A DNA stretch of 64,000 nucleotides from a virus. The notes beneath the pieces were generated by a model. That model did not search any database and was not told the origin of the DNA. It saw only the letters and a list, made by a program, of their open reading frames with translations. The stretch is from the IMG/VR virus record IMGVR_UViG_3300035666_000005, positions 56,877 to 120,876 of that record. One strand, 5' to 3'. The position numbers and the translations under genes were made by a program. Positions 50,601-58,451 of the stretch are shown piece by piece; position 1 is the first letter of the stretch, and each line of letters starts with the position of its first letter.

Positions 50601-50877
50601 CGCTCGCATAGTTAAGGTCTAGGTTATTGATTTGGTTTTGCAGGTTTTGACCTGTTGCTGTAAGATTCGATGAAATAGCCGCTCCAGTTTGCGATAACTG
50701 CAAATCGCTCGCATAGTTAAGGTCTAAGTTGTCGATTTGATTTTGTAATACAGACAAATCCCCAGAAGTTGCGAGTCCCGTAATTCCAATATCTTGTGGT
50801 GAAAGAGTAACAAAACCAATTTTGCCATTAACGGCCTGAACAGGTGCCGCGTCTAAAATTATATTAATATCAGCCAT
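47611..50877 (-). CDS. Long fibre/receptor-binding protein with CBM5/12-like and PA14-like domains
   Basis: AVNGKIG start, coiled-coil repeats, HTHxA repeats, WGGGATYNINDIVSYGG (CBM), WVGYF...YSFSLYADDDAYFWIG (PA14), C-terminal LTTGEYNSL...LYILI. Confidence 0.8.
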   Translation of the reverse strand: MADINIILDAAPVQAVNGKIGFVTLSPQDIGITGLATSGDLSVLQNQIDNLDLNYASDLQLSQTGAAISSNLTATGQNLQNQINNLDLNYASDLQLSQTGAAISSNLTATGQNLQNQINNLDLDYASDLQLSQTGQNLQSQIDSLDNNYVTKLNGQFTNRPSVNGTGILLSGEAARLPDTIVYTSGSQIISGSKTFYADNYIFSGANVIFVQNTGIVSGEWRFSNRPTVNNTGVLLQGELDLSVYATVTNLATTGSTLARNLATTGSNLESQITGKANLVHTHVAADVTNLGTAATRNVGTASNEVSAGNHTHVASDITNSTSAGRTLLTSSLSSQRSHLDFFPILPSRSSFPITGDVNRVYTALDTSKIYAWISLLNNYVEISPTQTGELDTRYALITNAVLTNGEQTIFGTKYFSNTVYISDLYVTGTEFIANVENKFIESPYILLNLTGSAVDGGLFFVTGSGLTGVNDYGPIIGFDHSNKFKFGIARRSDDLSILNDIASVQELNLLSGNLDTLTTNLATTGLTLNTKVDNLSDYINSTGSNIVFTTGNQIKSGRLIIGNDANSIVDPNSQYTLSLQTNSPATWLEILNNSGVNRGVFFGIQDNDFEQYNWQGGDIRFFTSVNPGDGTERLIIKNDGKIGIDTHSPSEKLEVAGNIKVTNSGFFASGIKVGNSSIIITENKIDGGYAQSNGLLTDGLLGIQYSGYFSGDSEWFKTATLKPIINELVLTGVSSSGTYTRVSSALNQGTNYFQGPNGWRIDYYSQFPAEESYWYLHPGNYVQHYTSSDLETWGLATGIQAWGGGATYNINDIVSYGGSNWICKAYAPVGYGPFGGYLDGTANGTDYWDELPATQISTVTQTQNSENSTIFNAARALSNGTSWEWVGYFVPQVTENYSFSLYADDDAYFWIGDKASNGYTSGNADINTNTGNALDNLPLNSGQSYPVRLQWGHKPTPTNLGLTLQYQIPNLSFSSYDFSGVFFQGSVSKGFYIDAVSGDGSFAGNVQANSATFNTRPTVNESGVLLQGELDLSVYATVTNLATTGSTLQGQVNNRVTNLGGASGIRVLTTGEYNSLTPISGVLYILI
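50474..50726. repeat. 105-bp (35-aa) tandem repeat, ~2.4 copies
   Basis: CCAGTTTGCGATAACTGCAAATCGCTCGCATAG recurs at 50474, 50579 and 50684. Confidence 0.9.
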
Positions 50878-50894
50878 ATATATTTATACACTTA

Positions 50895-51236
50895 TTATAC
50901 GTCATCTAGGATCGGTAAAATTCCTTTTAGATAAGTTACGGTTGCGTCTCCAGAATTTAATTCTAAATCATATTCATAATTTCCTTCTGTTAAATGACGG
51001 GTGTGATCTGCTAAAACTGCAGAGACAACGAGCCTATTTCCGGAAGTGGTAATAGAATTATTTTCTGTAGACCATAAAAGAGATAAACATCCATTTAAGG
51101 GGTTTTTTACTTTCAAATAAGCGTTAACCCCACCAACCTGTATTGGTTGGTTACCAGTATCCCAAAAATAAAAAGTTAATGGCCCATAGGAGTCACCACG
51201 ATATCCAGTGGGTAAATTATAAATTGCCGGAAGCAT
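50895..51236 (-). CDS. Small Ig-like virion protein (BppU N-terminal-like)
   Basis: RGDS...YEYDLEL...YLKG pattern; precedes the fibre gene. Confidence 0.55.
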   Translation of the reverse strand: MLPAIYNLPTGYRGDSYGPLTFYFWDTGNQPIQVGGVNAYLKVKNPLNGCLSLLWSTENNSITTSGNRLVVSAVLADHTRHLTEGNYEYDLELNSGDATVTYLKGILPILDDV

Positions 51237-51273
51237 ATTACCTATAATTACACTTAATAATAATAATTAAAAT

Positions 51274-51999
51274 TTATTTTTTAGATTTTTCAAATTGTTC
51301 TATGATATAAGAGAGAATTTCAGATCGCACAATATCTTCTTTTCCAAACTCAAAAGTATAAATACCATGTTTTTCGGCTTCTTCTGTATTAAACATTTCA
51401 AATACTTTATTAAAGCCGCTTTGTTTAATATCTGATTGTTGAGCATCACCGCAAATAAAAAGCGTTGAGAATTTTGCCATTCTTGTCATTACCAATAAAA
51501 AATCTTCGACACGGCAGTTTTGAGCTTCGTCCATAATAAACGAGGCATTAGAAATATTTAACCCACGCAAAAATCCAAGTGGAACGCCGACAATTCTTTC
51601 GTCAGCTAAAAGTGCTTTTACATGGGGCTCTGTTAATAATTCATTTAATTTGTCCACCATAGGTTGAGTATAAGGAGACATTTTTTCTTCAGATGTTCCT
51701 TTAATATACCCAATACCGTGAATCGAAGCTTCTACTGGAACGCGGCTATAATATATTTCACTAATTTTTTTATCTTTTATTTTTTGTAGTGAGCAATATA
51801 CAGCAAGAAGGGTTTTGCTAGTGCCAGCAACACCTCGAGTGATAATTACTTTCGTATTTTTATCACTCGCAAGTTTAATAAACTCTTTTTGTTTATCAGT
51901 CCATGGTAATTCTCTTATATTGAGTTCAATGTTTGATTTAGTTTTTTTCTTCTCCGTATATGGAGAAACGTCACGAGGTTTTTCTTTTTTTGACTTCAT
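51274..51999 (-). CDS. phoH: PhoH-family ATPase
   Basis: GVAGTSKT, FLRG, MDEAQN, MTR, GDAQQSD and DIVRS motifs. Confidence 0.92.
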   Translation of the reverse strand: MKSKKEKPRDVSPYTEKKKTKSNIELNIRELPWTDKQKEFIKLASDKNTKVIITRGVAGTSKTLLAVYCSLQKIKDKKISEIYYSRVPVEASIHGIGYIKGTSEEKMSPYTQPMVDKLNELLTEPHVKALLADERIVGVPLGFLRGLNISNASFIMDEAQNCRVEDFLLVMTRMAKFSTLFICGDAQQSDIKQSGFNKVFEMFNTEEAEKHGIYTFEFGKEDIVRSEILSYIIEQFEKSKK

Positions 52000-52103
52000 G
52001 AAAGAACACTATTATTTACACGTTATATAATTGGGACACTTTTTATTTAATTTTCTTAAATTTTTTTGAACGAATATAAAAACCATGAGTCTAATTAAGA
52101 ACT

Positions 52104-52511
52104 ATGAATATTAATGCAAGTCTCGTACCTAAATCTTATAGCGGTTATAACACATGGGAAATTGTTGATCTAATTGATGAAAATTGGCCCAAATGGGCAA
52201 CAATGTTCGATGTTGTTACAAGTCCGTCATATAGTTTCTCAAATATGGTTGGATTCAAAGAACAAAATAAAGATTCTTATAATTTAGAAATTGAACTTCC
52301 ACGTTTTCGTAAAGAAAATATTAAACTCTCTGCTGAAAATAATATTTTACATATTAGTGCCGAACAGGATAATCTTAAATTTTATCATTCTGTAAGTATT
52401 CCCGCAACTTTAGATACTAATACAATTGAAGCCGAACTTGACCATGGTGTACTCAAGATCTCCGCCCAAAAAGCCGAACAAGCTAAAACAAAAGCTATTA
52501 AAATTAAATAA
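52104..52511 (+). CDS. Small heat-shock protein (Hsp20/alpha-crystallin)
   Basis: IELP...L.IS...AELDHGVLKI and C-terminal IKI motif. Confidence 0.9.
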   Translation: MNINASLVPKSYSGYNTWEIVDLIDENWPKWATMFDVVTSPSYSFSNMVGFKEQNKDSYNLEIELPRFRKENIKLSAENNILHISAEQDNLKFYHSVSIPATLDTNTIEAELDHGVLKISAQKAEQAKTKAIKIK

Positions 52512-52551
52512 ATATTTACAAATGTATCATTTTTTGCTATACTAAAATATA

Positions 52552-53592
52552 GTGATAAATATATATTTTTTCCAATGGATTTCTGATCTTGGTGGCGCAG
52601 ATACGCGCCTAAAAGAATTAGTACAGTTATTGTCCTCAATGGGGCAATATAATTTATTTTCTATTCCAAACGATGATTCTCGTTTGCAGGAATCACATAA
52701 CGCCGCTTTTTTAAAAAAGCATAACGTAAAGACCATTTCGTGGAAAGAGCTTCCAGATAAAGATAATGGTATCGCAATTTCTTTTTGTAATTTTAGACTA
52801 TTCTCTGAAAAATGGAGGGTTGAAAAAATTAAATCAATGGGGCTAAAGTTTGTTTGGTCTAACGATATGATGTGGACAACCCCCGCAGAGTGCGAAGCGA
52901 TAGAAAATAAATATGTAGATGCGGTGATATTTACCAGTGAATTTCATAAATATATTTTGCAAAATAAATCGGGCCAGTTTTCGAAAGTTAAAAATTTTAT
53001 TGTTCCTAATTATTTTAATTTTGAAAATTATGTAAAATTAGATAAATACACCACATTAAAAGATAAATTTGTAGTCGGAAAACTCTCTCGGGCAGATGAG
53101 ATGAAATTTAGTGAAAACTTCCCACTGTTTTATGATAAAATGCCCATTAATAATCCAAAATTTAGAATTATGGGTTGGAATGATAAACTTCAAAAGAAAT
53201 TCGGTTGGTTTGATTTCGATTCTAATCGGTGGGATCTTTTGCCAGAAAATAAAGAAAGTATTATACAATTTTTGTCACAATTAGATTTATATGTATTCAA
53301 TGCTCATCATGAATATATAGAGAATCAAACAAGATCATTAATAGAAGCCCAATTGTTGGGTATTCCTGCGCTAGTCCCGAACTACGGAAATTTTCCAAAT
53401 ATGATTTGGCATGGTAGAAATGGTTTTGTTTACAAAAATAATGAAGAATGTTATCGTTACGCTAATTTAATAAATAAAAATCCTGATTTATATAAAGAAT
53501 TATCATATAATAGTAAAGATTTAAGTAAAACAATTTGGACAAATAAAGAATACCACTTAAACTTATGGGAAAATATTTTTAATAATTTATGA
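52552..53592 (+). CDS. Glycosyltransferase (GT-B, GT4-like)
   Basis: GGAD, VGKLSR, E.QTRSLIEAQLLGIP, HGRNGF motifs. Confidence 0.85.
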   Translation: MINIYFFQWISDLGGADTRLKELVQLLSSMGQYNLFSIPNDDSRLQESHNAAFLKKHNVKTISWKELPDKDNGIAISFCNFRLFSEKWRVEKIKSMGLKFVWSNDMMWTTPAECEAIENKYVDAVIFTSEFHKYILQNKSGQFSKVKNFIVPNYFNFENYVKLDKYTTLKDKFVVGKLSRADEMKFSENFPLFYDKMPINNPKFRIMGWNDKLQKKFGWFDFDSNRWDLLPENKESIIQFLSQLDLYVFNAHHEYIENQTRSLIEAQLLGIPALVPNYGNFPNMIWHGRNGFVYKNNEECYRYANLINKNPDLYKELSYNSKDLSKTIWTNKEYHLNLWENIFNNL

Positions 53593-54386
53593 ATAAGAAA
53601 ATATGTTATTGGTCAATATCTTGGGGTGATTATGACTACATGGTTCAATCCTTGGTGAATTCTTTTAAGGATGTTGGGATGGAAGAAGATTTTATAACTT
53701 TCACAGAAAAGCCAATTAAAAATTGTATTAATTATCGTTTAGACTCTTCTATTAATTTAGACCAATTACAATTCTTTAAATTCGAGTATCTTAAAAATAA
53801 AATGCAAAATATGGATTATGATATTTTTGTTTTTATTGATGCTGATCATTTTTTTGTTAGAAAACCTGAAATCGAAATTGAAGATATTTTACTAGATTCT
53901 CCTTGGCATTCTTTTTTAGAAAGTCCTATAAATACATTAAAAACAAGAAGAGATGATTGGTGGGGAATACCAAATCAAAATTTTACACAATTTATGCGCG
54001 CAAATGGAGTGATGTCTAAAGAAATTAGAAACACTAATGGCGGTTTTTGGATATGTAAAAAAGAATTTATAGATCAAGCTTCTAATCTTGCATATAAATT
54101 TCACAATTATTTAAAATCAAATAATTATACGGTTCCAGAAGAAGTATCTATAGCTTATCTTTCGCATCTAATGTCTCCAATTGTGCAGGAGAGATATTTA
54201 GAAAATTTTACAGATTATTGGGCCTCAGATTGGACTGAAAATTTTAAAGATCAAATACCTGAAAATCTGGAATGGGAATATACTTCTTATATGACTTATG
54301 AAAAAATAATAGTTAAACCAGCAATAGTACATGCGATGAGAAGTAAAAAAGCTTTAATCCAAAATGGTAAAAATCAATTAATATAA
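53589..54386 (+). CDS. Glycosyltransferase (GT-A, DxD)
   Basis: FVFIDAD, NGG and EE motifs. Confidence 0.7.
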   Translation: MNKKICYWSISWGDYDYMVQSLVNSFKDVGMEEDFITFTEKPIKNCINYRLDSSINLDQLQFFKFEYLKNKMQNMDYDIFVFIDADHFFVRKPEIEIEDILLDSPWHSFLESPINTLKTRRDDWWGIPNQNFTQFMRANGVMSKEIRNTNGGFWICKKEFIDQASNLAYKFHNYLKSNNYTVPEEVSIAYLSHLMSPIVQERYLENFTDYWASDWTENFKDQIPENLEWEYTSYMTYEKIIVKPAIVHAMRSKKALIQNGKNQLI

Positions 54387-55489
54387 TTTTTATATAAGAC
54401 TTCTAAATTTTTACCATCTTTTTCTGTATACCATCCTTTACCATTATATACATCAAGGATATCTTGGAAATATTTTTCATACATTGGAGCTACTTTTTCT
54501 AATGAAAAGTTTTCGCCCCATTTGCGGCAATTAATAGGCTTAATTTTATCTATATTTTTAATAGCTTGGACGAAATCTCCCATTGTGCGGCAACGATAAC
54601 CTGTAATCCCATGCAAATTATTTTCTGCAAAACTACCCCAATCAGTAGTAATAGTTGGTGTTCCAGAAAGTAAATTTTCAATTTGCACGCCACCAAACGG
54701 TTCAACATACATACTGGCTAGAAAACTGGCGCGAGCTTTTTTCATTAATCGTTTACGCGTTTCAACATCTGCATATCCAATATATTCAACATGGTCTGGC
54801 AATTTATATCCTTCTTCTTTTTGACCAGCGATAACTAATTTAACACCAGCAATTTGAGTTGCTTCGATTGCTATATTAACACCTTTACCATTATAGACGC
54901 GCCCCAAATAAAGAAAATAATCTTCTTTCTTATCGCAATAATCAAAATCTTCTAAATCAAAATAATTTGGTATAACAACTTCATACCAATCTTGATTACA
55001 TTGTCCCACGTTTTTTAATCCGCAGTAAGCATGATAAATTGCATAAGATTCAAAGATTTTCCAGCGCGCCCAATGTCCGCCAGCATATCCAATTCCAGGT
55101 TCAACCGTAATTAAATCAGGATGTGCATCACAGATCGCGCGCACGCCTGAGCCCCAAAATGGCAAAATAAAATCATGCTTTTGTTTTCTTTTACCAACTT
55201 CTATAATTGCATTTCTGAAAAAGGTTTGGTAAGCATGGTCATTTTGGTCAAATTTAAAAAATTTATTTTTCCAATCATGTGACCCGTAACTAATCTCAAA
55301 ATCACGATTAGTTAATACGGTAACGTGTTCATCGCAAATAACATCCGAATCTTCGTGCCCGTAATGAATGATCGTGTGACCACGAGCCTTCATCATTTTA
55401 CAAAATTTAACTACCTTTTGGGTATAGGCGCAGGCGTTAAACTCTTTACTGGTAACAGTATGTGGAAGACCTAATACGTGAAATCTCAT
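54374..55489 (-). CDS. Glycosyltransferase (GT4-like)
   Basis: LGRVYNGKG, EPFGGVQIE...GTP, HGITGY motifs. Confidence 0.9.
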   Translation of the reverse strand: MRFHVLGLPHTVTSKEFNACAYTQKVVKFCKMMKARGHTIIHYGHEDSDVICDEHVTVLTNRDFEISYGSHDWKNKFFKFDQNDHAYQTFFRNAIIEVGKRKQKHDFILPFWGSGVRAICDAHPDLITVEPGIGYAGGHWARWKIFESYAIYHAYCGLKNVGQCNQDWYEVVIPNYFDLEDFDYCDKKEDYFLYLGRVYNGKGVNIAIEATQIAGVKLVIAGQKEEGYKLPDHVEYIGYADVETRKRLMKKARASFLASMYVEPFGGVQIENLLSGTPTITTDWGSFAENNLHGITGYRCRTMGDFVQAIKNIDKIKPINCRKWGENFSLEKVAPMYEKYFQDILDVYNGKGWYTEKDGKNLEVLYKNYIN

Positions 55490-55722
55490 ATTAATTATTA
55501 TATGAGTATTTGTATTTTATATAAATTAAAAGTAGCGAAAGCTGGGCACGCAGTGACTTTATATGTATATAAAAATTCTACATATGTATACGACCCAGCT
55601 TTCGCCAGTTATCAATTAACACAGTTTCCAGTGTATGAACCTTATAAGATAGTTCAACTTATGCATCCTATGAGTAAAGTAGAATGGGCTGAATATGCTG
55701 AAAATGTAGTATTGTATAATCC

Positions 55723-55890
55723 TTAGAAAAGAATACTCAAAACATTCTTAAAGCATAGCTTTATTAAACGACAACCACGTTTTAAGGATTTTCTGAATTC
55801 TAAACTTTCACCAATATAACCGATACCACCATACATACCATAAACTATACCACTGTTAGCTAAATATTGTTCAGTTTTAAATTTATTCAT
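55723..55890 (-). CDS. Small hypothetical protein (55 aa)
   Basis: Perfect SD (AAAGGAGGTG) upstream of ATG 55890. Confidence 0.5.
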   Translation of the reverse strand: MNKFKTEQYLANSGIVYGMYGGIGYIGESLEFRKSLKRGCRLIKLCFKNVLSILF

Positions 55891-55950
55891 TCGCACCTCC
55901 TTTCTACTATATATTACAGCAAAAACGGTGCTAATCAAGTTACAATATTG

Positions 55951-56367
55951 TTATAAAATTTTTGTTACTATTGGAACAGGTAAATAAATAGAATTAATAG
56001 TTAGCCAATTTGTCACAAGCCATGGGTACAACACATTTTCGGTACTGTAATAAATGCCTTCTAAACTATTTTCACTAAAATCATAAATTTGCCATTTATT
56101 TTCAAAATAAGCTGTAAAATAATTAGAATTACCATCTTTATTATAGTATGGCTTTTCATCAAATTCAAGAGTGTAATTAAAAACACCATTTAAGACGCTA
56201 TATCCACCATTCTGAATAAGTACGCTATTTAATAATCCTGGAAGTTCTGGTGGCAAAGGATTTTGTATGAAAAAAATAGATGTATTTAAAACATTATTTG
56301 TTCCCGCAAAAATTTGAGACCCTGTTTCTATACTATCAAGACCCCTAGGTAAAAAAAGATTATCCAT
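55951..56367 (-). CDS. Hypothetical virion-type protein
   Basis: GTGTAA 9 nt upstream; aromatic beta-rich domain. Confidence 0.55.
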   Translation of the reverse strand: MDNLFLPRGLDSIETGSQIFAGTNNVLNTSIFFIQNPLPPELPGLLNSVLIQNGGYSVLNGVFNYTLEFDEKPYYNKDGNSNYFTAYFENKWQIYDFSENSLEGIYYSTENVLYPWLVTNWLTINSIYLPVPIVTKIL

Positions 56368-56413
56368 TAAAATATATTACACATTTTATAAGTTTAATGA
56401 TATAATAAATATA

Positions 56414-56989
56414 ATGCCATTTTCATCAAATACTTTCGATTCAGTTCTTAAAGAAAATTTATTACAAATAAATCCATCTAAAATATTAGATGTTGGTGCT
56501 GGAGCCGGTAAAAATTTTCAACTTATAAAACAAATTTGTCCTAACTCTATAATAGAAGCTATAGAACCAACAGATTCATACATTAATCAGTATAATTTAA
56601 ATCAATTATATGATAAAGTATATCATAAAACTCTACAGGAATTTTGTAAAGAAAATCCAGGAAATAAATATAATGTTGTGCTTTTCGGAGATGTTCTTGA
56701 ACATTTTTTTCGTTCTGAAGCTGTTGATTATATTGATTATTTTTTATATAGAAGTGATTGGGTTATTGCAATTTGGCCAACATTTATGCCACAAGATGAT
56801 TATGAAGGAAATCATTACGAAATACACAAAAGTAATTTTAATTTAATAGACCTTTCGCAAAAGTTTGACATTCATTATTATAAAAAACAATTTGGATGGT
56901 TTCATTGGAATGATTCTAAAAATACTCATTGTGAATATAATTATTGCGTTATGAAAGGTTATGTTACAAGACGCGATACGGGAATATGA
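56414..56989 (+). CDS. Class I SAM-dependent methyltransferase
   Basis: ILDVGAGAG, EAIE, DVLEH motifs. Confidence 0.85.
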   Translation: MPFSSNTFDSVLKENLLQINPSKILDVGAGAGKNFQLIKQICPNSIIEAIEPTDSYINQYNLNQLYDKVYHKTLQEFCKENPGNKYNVVLFGDVLEHFFRSEAVDYIDYFLYRSDWVIAIWPTFMPQDDYEGNHYEIHKSNFNLIDLSQKFDIHYYKKQFGWFHWNDSKNTHCEYNYCVMKGYVTRRDTGI

Positions 56990-57885
56990 AGGTTCTTTTT
57001 TATACGCAAAATCGTTGGGCTTTTGGTTCTATTCACCACGGATTAATAAAAGAATTATATAAACATGGAATATATGGTAACTTAATTGATTGGACCATAT
57101 CTTATACAGAAGAAGAATTTAGGTATTTAAATAATGTGTACGATCTTTTTGTAACCACTCCTGAAGCGGTAATTTCGCTACATCAAACTTATAATATTCC
57201 ATTAAATAAAATAATTGCCGTTGCACATGGTCAATGGGACTTATTATTAGCAAAAGAAAAATGGGGCACAGAATTCTATTCACAAATTTATAATTTTGGA
57301 GTAGTATCAGAAATATTAAAAATTAAATCACAAGAATTTGGGATAGGAACAATTCCAAAAATTGTTGAGCTTGGTTTACATACAGATGTTTACCAATGCA
57401 AGCCTTCGCAAGAATTAAAAACGGTTGGCTATGGAGGATTAAAAGAAACAAAAAATTATTTTGGAGAAGAAATCAAACGTGGATGGATGGTAGAAACAGC
57501 CCTACAAAATTTAGGAGTTAATTTTAAATTTAATTATGAATTAAATCATTTATGTATGCCTGGATACTATAGAACAATAGATTGTTTAGTGGTGTCTTCT
57601 TCAGAAGAATCTGCTGGACTTCCTGCAATGGAAGCGGCGCTTGCTGGCCGTTTAGTTTTAAGTACTCCTGTTGGATATTTCGAAAGAAACGCTAAAAATG
57701 GCGGTGGTATATTATTACCACTTGAGCCAGAACCGTTTATGCAAAAATTAAAAGAATATATTACTTTTTATAAAAATAACCCAGAAGAATATCGACAAAA
57801 ATGTACTCAAATACAAAAATATGCACAAGAAAATTATCGATGGGAAAATAAAATAGATAACTGGATAGCTTTGTTCAATAAATAA
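56986..57885 (+). CDS. Glycosyltransferase (GT4-like)
   Basis: SSEESAGLPAMEAALAGRLVLSTPVG; ATGA overlap gives start 56986. Confidence 0.85.
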   Translation: MKVLFYTQNRWAFGSIHHGLIKELYKHGIYGNLIDWTISYTEEEFRYLNNVYDLFVTTPEAVISLHQTYNIPLNKIIAVAHGQWDLLLAKEKWGTEFYSQIYNFGVVSEILKIKSQEFGIGTIPKIVELGLHTDVYQCKPSQELKTVGYGGLKETKNYFGEEIKRGWMVETALQNLGVNFKFNYELNHLCMPGYYRTIDCLVVSSSEESAGLPAMEAALAGRLVLSTPVGYFERNAKNGGGILLPLEPEPFMQKLKEYITFYKNNPEEYRQKCTQIQKYAQENYRWENKIDNWIALFNK

Positions 57886-57887
57886 AT

Positions 57888-58451
57888 ATGGATATTAAAA
57901 ATGATTTAAAATTTGAGAGTGAATATTGGGGTGATTGTACGAATACTTTTGATGAAGACCAAAAACACTATGTATATGCAAAGTATATGGGTTTACAACA
58001 AGAACATTTTAGTTTTAATATTTTTGGTAAATCAGTATTAGATATTGGCGGTGGTCCAACTTCAATGCTTCTTAAAACTAGAAACTTAAAAGAGGGTCTA
58101 GTATGTGATCCATTAAATTATCCACATTGGACAACATTAAGATATTTAGAAAAAAATATTAATGTAAAAGTAATTCGTGGAGAAGATGTCGTAGAAGAAG
58201 GGTGGGACGAAGTTTGGATTTATAATTGTTTACAGCATACAGACGATCCAGAAAAAATTATCCATAACGCATTAAAAGCCGCCAAAGTCCTTAGAATCTT
58301 CGAATGGGTAGACGTTCCTCCACACGAAGGTCATCCGCAAATGATTACTAAAGAATTTCTAGACAAGGCAATTGGTAAAGAAGGAAATACCGTCCAGCTT
58401 GCTGAAAATGGCTGCTTTGGTAAAGCTTATTTTAATATTAAGTTTATCTAG
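57888..58451 (+). CDS. Class I SAM-dependent methyltransferase
   Basis: VLDIGGGP and NCLQH motifs. Confidence 0.8.
   Translation: MDIKNDLKFESEYWGDCTNTFDEDQKHYVYAKYMGLQQEHFSFNIFGKSVLDIGGGPTSMLLKTRNLKEGLVCDPLNYPHWTTLRYLEKNINVKVIRGEDVVEEGWDEVWIYNCLQHTDDPEKIIHNALKAAKVLRIFEWVDVPPHEGHPQMITKEFLDKAIGKEGNTVQLAENGCFGKAYFNIKFI

Noticed and set aside
30928-50877. Diversity-generating retroelement acting on fibre genes
   Set aside because: No reverse transcriptase and no adenine-specific template/variable repeat pair seen; the repeats are in-frame protein repeats.
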